From: an uncultured Spirochaetota bacterium
GTDB lineage: Bacteria > Spirochaetota > Brevinematia > Brevinematales > JAOACQ01
Assembly (NCBI GenBank): GCA_963768055.1
Contig: CAVYGN010000002.1
Span: forward strand, 1,024,001-1,088,000
Reading direction: 5' to 3'
Length of the DNA stretch: 64,000 nucleotides
Of this stretch, positions 34,527 to 43,173 are shown piece by piece (positions within the stretch are counted from its first letter, which is position 1; every line of letters begins with the position of its first letter). The notes beneath the pieces are model-generated. The model searched no databases. It was not told the origin of the DNA and saw nothing but the letters and a program-made list of their open reading frames with translations. The position numbers and the translations under genes were made by a program.

Positions 34527-35015
34527 ATGGATAAACAGTACGTCAGTTTTGAAATAGCGAACAGTAAGTATTGTGTTGACGTTGACGATATCAAAGAAGT
34601 TGTCAGGGAGGAGAATATTACAACCCTGCCTAATGCTCCTTCATTTGTCGAGGGGCTTACCAATTTGAGGGGGGTTGTTATTCCTGTTATATCGATAAGA
34701 AAAAAACTAGGCATCAAACAGGCTGTACCGGCAGTGGAAGATACGATTCAGGCGGGACACCGCGAGGCAAAAAAGTTGATGATTGTCAATATCGATGGAG
34801 TGCTTGTAGCTTTTGCCGTAGATTCGCTTGATAAAGTATTCCCTGTCGATGTGAAAGATATACAAACTTCCGAAAAGGTCCTCGACAGTTCTATTGACAA
34901 ATCGCTTATTCAGGGCTTTGTAAAGGTTGATGAGAGCCTTTATCTTATTCTTGATATAAAAAAAATGCTTGATTTTGATGAAAGATATTTCATCCGAAAA
35001 GAGGTAATGGAATAA
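34527..35015 (+). CDS. cheW: Chemotaxis coupling protein CheW
   Basis: LPNAPSFVEGLTNLRGVVIPVI. Confidence 0.92.
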   Translation: MDKQYVSFEIANSKYCVDVDDIKEVVREENITTLPNAPSFVEGLTNLRGVVIPVISIRKKLGIKQAVPAVEDTIQAGHREAKKLMIVNIDGVLVAFAVDSLDKVFPVDVKDIQTSEKVLDSSIDKSLIQGFVKVDESLYLILDIKKMLDFDERYFIRKEVME

Positions 35016-35166
35016 TATTTTACCATTTTTTTGATGGAGGGAAAGGTTATAAGAGTTGTATTTTTTTTTAAAATATGATACCATCTCTTGATGTTTTTTA
35101 TAATGTGTCATACCAGCCTACTCCAATAAGCTTCGTTTAATAAGAATTTGAAAAGGAGGGAATATT

Positions 35167-36162
35167 ATGAGTAAAACCAGATTACTGACAGTTGTTTTTT
35201 TGTGTGTTGGGATAGTCACGGCATATGCGCAGCAGACAACAGCCCCCGATCAGGGCACCAATACAGCCGTTACTGCTTCTACAAATGAAATGACGACCAA
35301 TCAGGTTACAAGCGAGAAAGAGGTTGTTGCCACACAGGGACTAGTTTATAATGATGGAACGATGGATTATGTTTCTCCGGATATCAAGTTCAAAATCGAC
35401 GCTAAAGACGACCAGGGATCGGGCGTTAAGTCAATATCGGTGATGATTGACGATTCTCAATTCGGTATCTACGAGGATCCGATCGCGTTTTTTACTGACG
35501 GCAAGCATATGATCGCTTATAAAGCCGAGAATAATGTAGGAAATATTTCTCCGATCAAGTATTATGAGTTTATCCTCGATAAGAACCCTCCGAAGGTGTC
35601 ATTAACGAGCGATAAGAAAGTTGTAAAGATCAAGGATATTTCTTATGTCAGTTCAAATGTCAATTACGGTATCTATGCCGAGGACGATTTTTCAGGCGTT
35701 AAATGGATAAATTATAAACTTGACGACGGGCAGGACACTGTTTATGACAAGCCTTTCGTTCCTATTGTTGCCGACGGCCTTCATAAGATCACTTATAAAG
35801 CCTCCGATAACGTAGGCAATATAAGTCAGGATCAGACATACATGTTTTACATGGTTTTGAATCCGCCTACAGTGGCTTTTTCCGTCGATCCCGTATTTGA
35901 AACGAATGGCAACAAATACATATCGCCTTCAACTGTGATCAAGATCGTCGCTACAGACCCTGAAATAGCAGTTGCTAACATCAGTTATATAGTTGACGAC
36001 GGGGCGGCTATGGACTACCAGAGCCCCTTGAAGCTCAAGGGAGGCACCCATACTATAAAAGCTACCGCTACCGATCTTGTGGGGAACGTAAGCCAGCAGA
36101 CAAATATTACAGTTATTGTCGACGCCACTATTCCTGAAGCTGAACTTACTCCTACTAAATAA
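35167..36162 (+). CDS. OmpL47-like secreted protein with three Ig-like repeats
   Basis: Three repeats of AxDxxSGV...G.H.I.YKA.DNVGN. Confidence 0.7.
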   Translation: MSKTRLLTVVFLCVGIVTAYAQQTTAPDQGTNTAVTASTNEMTTNQVTSEKEVVATQGLVYNDGTMDYVSPDIKFKIDAKDDQGSGVKSISVMIDDSQFGIYEDPIAFFTDGKHMIAYKAENNVGNISPIKYYEFILDKNPPKVSLTSDKKVVKIKDISYVSSNVNYGIYAEDDFSGVKWINYKLDDGQDTVYDKPFVPIVADGLHKITYKASDNVGNISQDQTYMFYMVLNPPTVAFSVDPVFETNGNKYISPSTVIKIVATDPEIAVANISYIVDDGAAMDYQSPLKLKGGTHTIKATATDLVGNVSQQTNITVIVDATIPEAELTPTK

Positions 36163-36186
36163 TAAGAATTATTAATTTTTCAAAAG

Positions 36187-36214
36187 AAGGGGCTGCCTGA
36201 AAAGGCGGCCCTTT
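36187..36214 (+). terminator. Rho-independent terminator
   Basis: GGGCTGCCT-GAAA-AGGCGGCCC followed by TTT. Confidence 0.75.
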
Positions 36215-36355
36215 ATTATTGATTGATTCTTTAATGAAGATTGTGACTTCAAGCGCAGTGTTTATCCTGAAAGGGTTTATCCCACCCATCAAAGGGTCCT
36301 CGAAATGGCATAGTCGGCGAATAACAAAAAGGCTGGCTTATTCCCTTACCCCGAA

Positions 36356-36620
36356 TTAAAGACAATAAGCAATTCATATGAAGTTAATTTTTTTATGCGT
36401 GTTATGAGCAAGCGTAAGAACTGCCGCTGAAAAACTGGAGCAAGCGCTTATCCAAGGCCGCTCGATGTATTTAATCATCTCATATTGATAAAAAAACTCA
36501 TTTTTTAATAAAAGAATTCCATCAGCGCTTGCAACAGTTTTGAAACGATGCAGTTCAAGCTTGCAAATTCAGCGCAGTAAAAAAATTAGCTTCATGAAAA
36601 GATCTGTATATTGTCTTTAA
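36356..36620. repeat. Palindromic dispersed element of about 265 bp (MITE-like), copy 1
   Basis: Terminal IR TTAAAGACAATA/TATTGTCTTTAA; homologous to the reverse complement of 49970-50223. Confidence 0.75.
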
Positions 36621-37573
36621 TAAGGATCCCACTCGCAGTCGTAAAAATCTTCAGGCTTGGTCCTTTCCCACCTTCCATGGCCCAAAGAAAACCATTGATC
36701 GGGGTATTCCAGTATTATTCTCTCATACTGTTTATTAATCCATGTTATTATTTCGGCGCAATCTTTTTCTATATTGCCTGAGGGGGGAAAAGATACAGGT
36801 TCTTCATACCTTAAAATATATTTACCGTCGGGCCGCCTTATGCTGAAAGCCATTAAGATCGGCGCGCCGTATTGGAGATGGAATCTCGCGGGACCGTCGG
36901 CGGTAGCAGCGGGAAGTCCGAAGAAAGGAACGAAGATCGGCTTGAAATAGTATGTCTGGTCGTTAACGAAAGCGACGGCGCCTCCCTTTTTTATATGTTT
37001 CATTATTTTCTTAAGGTCCCCGATTTCATTATAAAAATTCTTCATCTTGGTATATTTTTCCCTGAAATTCTTAAGCCAGGCATCGGTGTAGGGATTGAAC
37101 TGCCTGTTTATGATGACCGCAACGTCCTTCCCGAGTAAAGCAGGGATCCCGCCGAGATAATCCCAGTTGCCCATATGTGCGGTAACGACGATCAATCCTT
37201 TGCCGAGGGCAAGAGCTTTTTCTACATTTTCAAAACCCTCGAGTACGGCGAATTTTTTGTAGGTTTTGATGCTCAGATCCCTTAGTTTAATAAATTCCAT
37301 ACTCCACCTGACAACTGACAAATATAGATTTTTAACGATTTCAACTTTCCTGGTTTCCGGCAGGGGGGGCTCTTTATAAATGACATCGAGACTCTTGAAA
37401 GAAAGCTTCTTGAAGCTCAAGGGCAGAACATAAAGAAATTTTGCGATCAGATCTCCTACAAAATATAAGATCCTTCTCGGTATAAGACTGAGCATAAAAG
37501 CAAGAGGAACGACGATAATATATTCCAGGATATATAAAAATCGCTGAAATCCGCCGATTTTACGCTTCGCCAA
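36617..37573 (-). CDS. Lipid A late acyltransferase (LpxL/HtrB family)
   Basis: GKGLIVVTAHMGNWD, NDQ, VPFFG, YPDQW. Confidence 0.88.
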   Translation of the reverse strand: MAKRKIGGFQRFLYILEYIIVVPLAFMLSLIPRRILYFVGDLIAKFLYVLPLSFKKLSFKSLDVIYKEPPLPETRKVEIVKNLYLSVVRWSMEFIKLRDLSIKTYKKFAVLEGFENVEKALALGKGLIVVTAHMGNWDYLGGIPALLGKDVAVIINRQFNPYTDAWLKNFREKYTKMKNFYNEIGDLKKIMKHIKKGGAVAFVNDQTYYFKPIFVPFFGLPAATADGPARFHLQYGAPILMAFSIRRPDGKYILRYEEPVSFPPSGNIEKDCAEIITWINKQYERIILEYPDQWFSLGHGRWERTKPEDFYDCEWDPY

Positions 37574-37694
37574 GGGTAACTCCTTTAGTACATTATTGGT
37601 TTAATCATATATTATAACCCCGAACCTGCCGATTTTCAATAAATCATCCACCAAGTGAAACCACTAATGTCCAACTCTCGGGTAGGTAATAACT

Positions 37695-38336
37695 AACCAC
37701 AGATTAACACAGATATACACAGATATCTTTGAAATCAATATTTAATAATTCCCATCAAATCAAAAAGAAAAACTTTAATTGATAATAAAACAATATTAAA
37801 ATATACTGTTATAAAGTTAGTGTATAAAAGGAATTTAATATGAGTAAAAAAAATAAGAAAGATAATTTAGAATTACTATATCCAGGTTGTATTGACGATT
37901 TAAGAAATTACAAAAATCAATTTTGGTATTTGAATTATTATAGTTTTTTAATTTTTGGTGTGATTTATTGGGTTTATGATTTTTTAAATAAAAAATATCC
38001 ACAGTCTTTGATTTTACTTTTTTTAATCTTGATAATATTTTCTAAAATATTTGCTTTAATCATCTACATCCATATGAAATTGAGGGAATCTTTAAAAGAC
38101 AATAGAAAATGGATAAAATTAATAAGAGAACAACTAAGTATCAAACCTCTTGATGAAAAAGATTCAATAAATTTTAATAGAAACAGTTTTTCTATAGAAA
38201 ATATATTTTTAATAATTTTAATTCTTGGGTTTTTATTAAGTGTTTTTTTAATAATTATAAATTTTGCATAATAATTATTAAAAGATTTCACTGATATCAC
38301 AAATTATAATCTGTCCCATCTGTGAAATCTGTGGTT
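37695..38336. mobile_element. Putative cassette bounded by inverted CACAGAT triple repeats
   Basis: AACCACAGATTAACACAGATATACACAGAT ... AATCTGTCCCATCTGTGAAATCTGTGGTT around one AT-rich gene. Confidence 0.6.
37840..38271 (+). CDS. AT-rich hypothetical membrane protein with about 3 TM helices (cassette cargo)
   Basis: 143-aa ORF with its own TTGATA-N17-TATACT promoter at 37779-37807. Confidence 0.65.
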   Translation: MSKKNKKDNLELLYPGCIDDLRNYKNQFWYLNYYSFLIFGVIYWVYDFLNKKYPQSLILLFLILIIFSKIFALIIYIHMKLRESLKDNRKWIKLIREQLSIKPLDEKDSINFNRNSFSIENIFLIILILGFLLSVFLIIINFA

Positions 38337-38424
38337 CCGATCCTTTTTCCGTTTATTCGTTTTAATACTTGAAATTAATCGTCTAATATGATAAAATCTT
38401 TCACCCTATTTGATGGAGGAAAGC

Positions 38425-39177
38425 ATGTCAGGTCATAATAAATGGGCCAATATCAAGCAAAGGAAAGGCTCACAGGACGCCAAGCGCAGCAATCTTTTTT
38501 CAAAAATCGTTAAAGAAATAATTATTTCTGCGAGGCGAGGCGGCGGCAACATCGATACAAACGCACCGCTACGGACTGCTGTCGAAAAAGCCAGGGAAGC
38601 AAATATGCCCAAGGATAATATCGATAAAGCCATCAAAAGGGGAACCGGTGAAATCGAAGGTGTCGTCTACGAAGAATTGACATACGAAGGTTACGGGCCC
38701 GGCGGTGTAGCAGTGATCATGGATATTACAACAGATAGTAAAAACAGAACGGCTGCTGAAATAAGGAAAATTTTCTCGAAGCATGGCGGCAACCTCGGTG
38801 AATCCGGGAGTGTGGCATGGATGTTTGATAAAAAAGGGTATATAGCTGTCGACGGGACCAAGCATACCGAGGATGAAATTATGGAAATCGGCCTTGAACT
38901 TGGTGCCGATGACATTAAGAAAAATGAGGACGTTATTGAAGTTTTAACAGCTGTGGAAAGTTATAATCATATACTTGACGGATTAAAGAAAAAAAACATT
39001 ATTATTCTTTCATCCGAGGTTACACGAATACCTCAGAATATGATTAAGCTTGAAAGAGATAAATCTATGTCTTTATTAAAATTGATGGATGAACTTGAAA
39101 ATCATGACGACATTCAAAATGTTGCGTCCAACGCAGACATTGAAGACAGTGTTATAGAGGAATTTGCAGATCTCTAA
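38425..39177 (+). CDS. yebC: YebC/PmpR family protein
   Basis: MSGHNKWANIK, YEGYGPGG, NRT. Confidence 0.95.
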   Translation: MSGHNKWANIKQRKGSQDAKRSNLFSKIVKEIIISARRGGGNIDTNAPLRTAVEKAREANMPKDNIDKAIKRGTGEIEGVVYEELTYEGYGPGGVAVIMDITTDSKNRTAAEIRKIFSKHGGNLGESGSVAWMFDKKGYIAVDGTKHTEDEIMEIGLELGADDIKKNEDVIEVLTAVESYNHILDGLKKKNIIILSSEVTRIPQNMIKLERDKSMSLLKLMDELENHDDIQNVASNADIEDSVIEEFADL

Positions 39178-39178
39178 A

Positions 39179-40369
39179 ATGAGAAAAAAAATCCTATTTA
39201 CCAGCAACTGCTTCGGGGAAGACAGGAGTGCGGCGCTTATCGCCGGTGAACTTAAGCGGTTGTTAGCGGAAAAAGGCCTTGAAATGGATGTTTCCGGAGC
39301 TTCCCTGATAAGTGAGGGAAAGGACTATGTCTCGAGAGGCATTGATCTTCTCTATTCTTCATATGTCCCCCCATCAGGAGGGTTTCCAACCCGAAGTTTT
39401 AAAGGTTTTATTACAGACTTGTTCCATATGCCTGTCCTTTTTAAATTCATTAAAACCATTAAAAAAGTTCGGGATGATATCTTTCTCTGCATTGTAGTAG
39501 GCGATATACCTCTTCTTTTTTTAACCCGGATGGCCCTGAAAAACAATGTTATAGTCTTTTTAGCCCCGGCAAAATCCGATTATATCGAACCTCATTATGC
39601 TATTGAGGAATGGTATATGAAAAAAAATGCGGACTTTGTACTGACTCATGATGAATATACTGCCTCTAATCTCAGAAAGAAAAATATTAACGCCCTCTTC
39701 CTTGGAAATCCTATGATGGACGGGCTTGGCGGAATCGGGGAACCGGTAATTCTTAATACTTATCTTAAAGATCGTGGCCTTACAGGCCGTAATCTTCCGG
39801 TTATCGGGATCCTTCCCGGAAGCCGTGAAGAGGCTTACGATAATTTTAATCTGATCCTTGGACTTATTGATCTCCTGGCGATAAAGAAAAAGCTTGTTTA
39901 TTTAGCGGCGATCTCCGGCAGTCTCGATACGGAGGTCATTAAACGCAAATCGGCCCCGCTTGGCTGGAATGCAATTAAAAGAGAGGGGCATACAGTATTG
40001 GAAAAGGGCGGTGAAAAAGTCCTTCTTTGCAGGAATAACTTTAGTGAAGTACTTCATCTTTCAGATATTGTCATAGGACTGGCCGGTACCGCGAATGAGC
40101 AGGCAGCCGGTCTGGGCAAGCCGATTGTCGGGTTTAAAGGCATGGGCCCTCAAACGACTGCCCGCAGGATGGAGGAACAGGAAAGGCTCCTCGGAGGCGC
40201 CTTAAAATTCGTAAAATCATACCCTCATGAAGCAGTCAATGAAATATTGCTGCTTCTTGATAATCCCGGCGAAAGAAAATCCAGGGGTGATGCCGGAATA
40301 GCAAGGATGGGCGGCGGGGGAGGGGCGAGAAAAATCTCGGAATTGATAATTCGGGAATATTTCGACTAA
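39179..40369 (+). CDS. Lipid-A-disaccharide-synthase-related GT-B protein
   Basis: SNCFGED, PSGGF, GNPMMD, LPGSR, AGTANEQAAGLGKP. Confidence 0.8.
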   Translation: MRKKILFTSNCFGEDRSAALIAGELKRLLAEKGLEMDVSGASLISEGKDYVSRGIDLLYSSYVPPSGGFPTRSFKGFITDLFHMPVLFKFIKTIKKVRDDIFLCIVVGDIPLLFLTRMALKNNVIVFLAPAKSDYIEPHYAIEEWYMKKNADFVLTHDEYTASNLRKKNINALFLGNPMMDGLGGIGEPVILNTYLKDRGLTGRNLPVIGILPGSREEAYDNFNLILGLIDLLAIKKKLVYLAAISGSLDTEVIKRKSAPLGWNAIKREGHTVLEKGGEKVLLCRNNFSEVLHLSDIVIGLAGTANEQAAGLGKPIVGFKGMGPQTTARRMEEQERLLGGALKFVKSYPHEAVNEILLLLDNPGERKSRGDAGIARMGGGGGARKISELIIREYFD

Positions 40370-40392
40370 CCGATCGTTATAAGGAGAAGAAT

Positions 40393-40899
40393 ATGGGTAA
40401 AAATGGAGAAGACAAAAAAAACGTTGGGGTCAGGCTGCCTTTTATAGGTATTATTTTGATTTTAGCCGGACTTTTATTTTTAGTAAGCGCAATAGTGCCT
40501 GATTTCACTATTTCAAAATTATGGCCGCTTTTTATGCTTATCCCTGTTTTTATTTTTGTTCAGCTTTTGCTGGATGAAGGCAGGGAAAGTGCTGGAGTAA
40601 TTGTGCCCGGAGTTATATTGTTATATCTAACTATATACTTTTTATGGCTCAATTTTACATCATGGAGCAATATATCGTCTACCTGGCCTAATTTTATACT
40701 GGCGCCTGCAGCCGGGCTTTTTTGCTTTTACCTGGCCGAAAGGAAAGCAGGACTGCTTATTCCGGTGTTTGTACTCGTCATTTTGGCATTGATATTCTTT
40801 GGAGGAATATTCAATTCGAGTTTCGGTATTGCACTGATCTTTATCGCCGGAGGCATATTGCTCCTCCTTGGGCCTGTCTTTAAAAGAAAAAAGGATTAA
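40393..40899 (+). CDS. LiaF/DUF5668-like membrane protein
   Basis: GIILILAG...LWPLF repeats in a hydrophobic ORF. Confidence 0.6.
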   Translation: MGKNGEDKKNVGVRLPFIGIILILAGLLFLVSAIVPDFTISKLWPLFMLIPVFIFVQLLLDEGRESAGVIVPGVILLYLTIYFLWLNFTSWSNISSTWPNFILAPAAGLFCFYLAERKAGLLIPVFVLVILALIFFGGIFNSSFGIALIFIAGGILLLLGPVFKRKKD

Positions 40900-41056
40900 G
40901 GGCGGCTCTGATAACTCGGGAACATTGCCTTTTGCACCAGCAAGCTACTCAGCCAGTTCAAATAACAAAACTTTTAACTTTTCAAATCCGGAACTTTTTC
41001 TTGAAAATTATAATAAACAGTGATAATATTAATTAATATGCAGCAAGGATCTGTTT

Positions 41057-42319
41057 ATGCGTAAATTTAGTCAGTCAAGCGTGATAGCGTGTACATCGCT
41101 TTTTATGCTTTTCGCCGCATGCACTTCAGGAATGACAAAGGGCGACCAGACTGTCGTAGAGGAAGACAGGATGTTTGTAGGCGAAGGCAGCGCCGCTGAT
41201 TTCAGTGAAGCTCGCAATAACGCTTATTCGGATGTGATAACAAAAGCGGCCCAGTACATAATGGGCAGCAGTAAATTCGACCTTAATAAAGATAAGATAG
41301 AACAGAAGTTTTTATCGTATGCTGTTGCCAGGAAGTACATTTTAGGTGAAATTGATAAAGTACCGGCTGAAAAACAGAAAAAATGGATATCAAATATGAG
41401 AAATACTGACGGAAATCTTGTTCTAAAGATGCAGGCATATGTATATGTTTCTAAACTTAAAAGCGATATTGAGGCGCTCGATCTTAAAGAATCGGATAAC
41501 CCTGTTAACTATTCGTCTTCCTCTTCTGAAGATCGTCAGGCCAGTACAAACTCTTTAAATATCCCTGATCTTTCATCCCTGACTTTCCTGGTTTTTTACA
41601 ATTCTCAGGATCCTTCGATCAATCAGGATCCGGACCAGGTAACGTACTCGAAATGGGCAATTGACGGCCTTAACAGGGAGCTGTCATCATTAAATGTGAA
41701 AACATTCGACCTTGAAACGGTTGAAAAACTTGCGGACGAAAGGACTCTTATTCAGGAAGAGGGAGAGGGCAATGTCGGGGTTGGTCTTGCTCTTGCCCAG
41801 AAAGTCTATGCTGAACTTTATGCCGAAGTTTTGCCTTCCGTTGCATATGAGGGCGATAAAGCCAGTGTGTTTATTAATGTAAAAGTATATATAAGGACGA
41901 CAGGTGCGCTGATTTCCACGATCGAAAAGTCGGGTCAGCAGTACGAATCCTCATCCCTTGATGTGTCAATTAAAATGAGCATGCACGAGGCTTATAAAAA
42001 AATCATCTCAGACCTCCGGCAAAGCCTTAAAAATTATGTTGAAAACGGGAGGTTTTATTTTATAAGGCTGACAGGTGTAAAATCTTACCGGTATGCAAGC
42101 AAATTTTTATCAGCCGTTAAAAAAATCGACGGGGTAGTCGATATTACTTTGAAATCAGGATCGAAAGATGACATGGTATACGATTTTAATCTTCAGTACA
42201 TGGGAAACCCTACGGATGCGGTCGACAGCGTGTTAAATAAACTATCCGATAAAGAAGGTTTTGAAAAACTCGATCTGAAGGAAATCAGGGGTAACGAGCT
42301 GACGTTTTCCATGGAATAG
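41057..42319 (+). CDS. Hypothetical lipoprotein
   Basis: Lipobox LFAAC. Confidence 0.7.
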   Translation: MRKFSQSSVIACTSLFMLFAACTSGMTKGDQTVVEEDRMFVGEGSAADFSEARNNAYSDVITKAAQYIMGSSKFDLNKDKIEQKFLSYAVARKYILGEIDKVPAEKQKKWISNMRNTDGNLVLKMQAYVYVSKLKSDIEALDLKESDNPVNYSSSSSEDRQASTNSLNIPDLSSLTFLVFYNSQDPSINQDPDQVTYSKWAIDGLNRELSSLNVKTFDLETVEKLADERTLIQEEGEGNVGVGLALAQKVYAELYAEVLPSVAYEGDKASVFINVKVYIRTTGALISTIEKSGQQYESSSLDVSIKMSMHEAYKKIISDLRQSLKNYVENGRFYFIRLTGVKSYRYASKFLSAVKKIDGVVDITLKSGSKDDMVYDFNLQYMGNPTDAVDSVLNKLSDKEGFEKLDLKEIRGNELTFSME

Positions 42320-42356
42320 TTTTAACCATATATAATTCTATAAAGGAGGAATAGTT

Positions 42357-43025
42357 ATGAAGAAAATCGGATTATTTATCGGTATAGCGATTGCCGCCGG
42401 TTTAATCGTTTCATGCGGGGGGACAAAACCGCAGCCTCAACCCCAGCCGCAGCCCCCGAAGGTTGAGGATAATACGGCAAAAATACAGATTTTTGTTCTC
42501 CAAAAAAGCGAGGATCCGACGCCGGCTTGGATAAACAAGAGATGGGAGCTGGGCAAGGATGAAACCGGAAGAAAGGTTATGTATCTAACCGTTGAAGGCG
42601 AGAAAAACACAAAAGAAAAAGCCCGCTATGACGCTGAAAGCCAGAAAATTGCCCGTATGACGGAGTTGATCAAACAGGTTGCGACAAGAGAATTTGCTGT
42701 AGCGAAAAGCGGTATGCTTAATGATGAAACGGACCTTGATTCATATTTTGAGGAAACGATCGCCGCTGTATCTAAAAATGTCAATATCAGCGGGGCTATC
42801 AATGTCGCCGATTACTGGGAATACATCCAGGAAGTCCAGGGCGACCAATCCAAAACATATTACCGTTATGTCCAGAGATATGCGATGGATTTCGAGACAT
42901 ACCAGAAGGCTTTGAGCCAGTCATGGCAGCCCGAGAAGAAAAAAGTGCCGCCTGAATTGAAAGACAAGGCTGACAAGGTTATCGACAGCATAAATAAAAG
43001 TGAAGATCTTCCGGCTGACCAGTAG
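42357..43025 (+). CDS. Hypothetical lipoprotein (LPP20-like)
   Basis: Lipobox IVSC, PQ-repeat linker, PAWI and YWE motifs. Confidence 0.7.
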   Translation: MKKIGLFIGIAIAAGLIVSCGGTKPQPQPQPQPPKVEDNTAKIQIFVLQKSEDPTPAWINKRWELGKDETGRKVMYLTVEGEKNTKEKARYDAESQKIARMTELIKQVATREFAVAKSGMLNDETDLDSYFEETIAAVSKNVNISGAINVADYWEYIQEVQGDQSKTYYRYVQRYAMDFETYQKALSQSWQPEKKKVPPELKDKADKVIDSINKSEDLPADQ

Positions 43026-43044
43026 AATATTATCGCTTATTTTC

Positions 43045-43081
43045 GGCCCCGCCCCTTTTATAGGAGCGGGGCCATATTTTT
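43045..43081 (+). terminator. Rho-independent terminator
   Basis: GGCCCCGC...GCGGGGCC stem followed by a T-rich tail. Confidence 0.75.
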
Positions 43082-43173
43082 ATAAGGGCCGGACGGATTT
43101 TAAATTTTGTCATTATTTAAAAAATAATTTATAATACCGTTGCGTATAAATATAACAATAATAAGGTAATATA

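Noticed and set aside
36245..36350. Hairpins considered as a c-di-GMP riboswitch
   Set aside because: Located between convergent genes and lacks the class I and class II consensus motifs
37695..37724. CACAGAT repeats as a CRISPR array or attC sites
   Set aside because: No repeat-spacer periodicity, no cas or intI gene, and no RYYYAAC/GTTRRRY architecture
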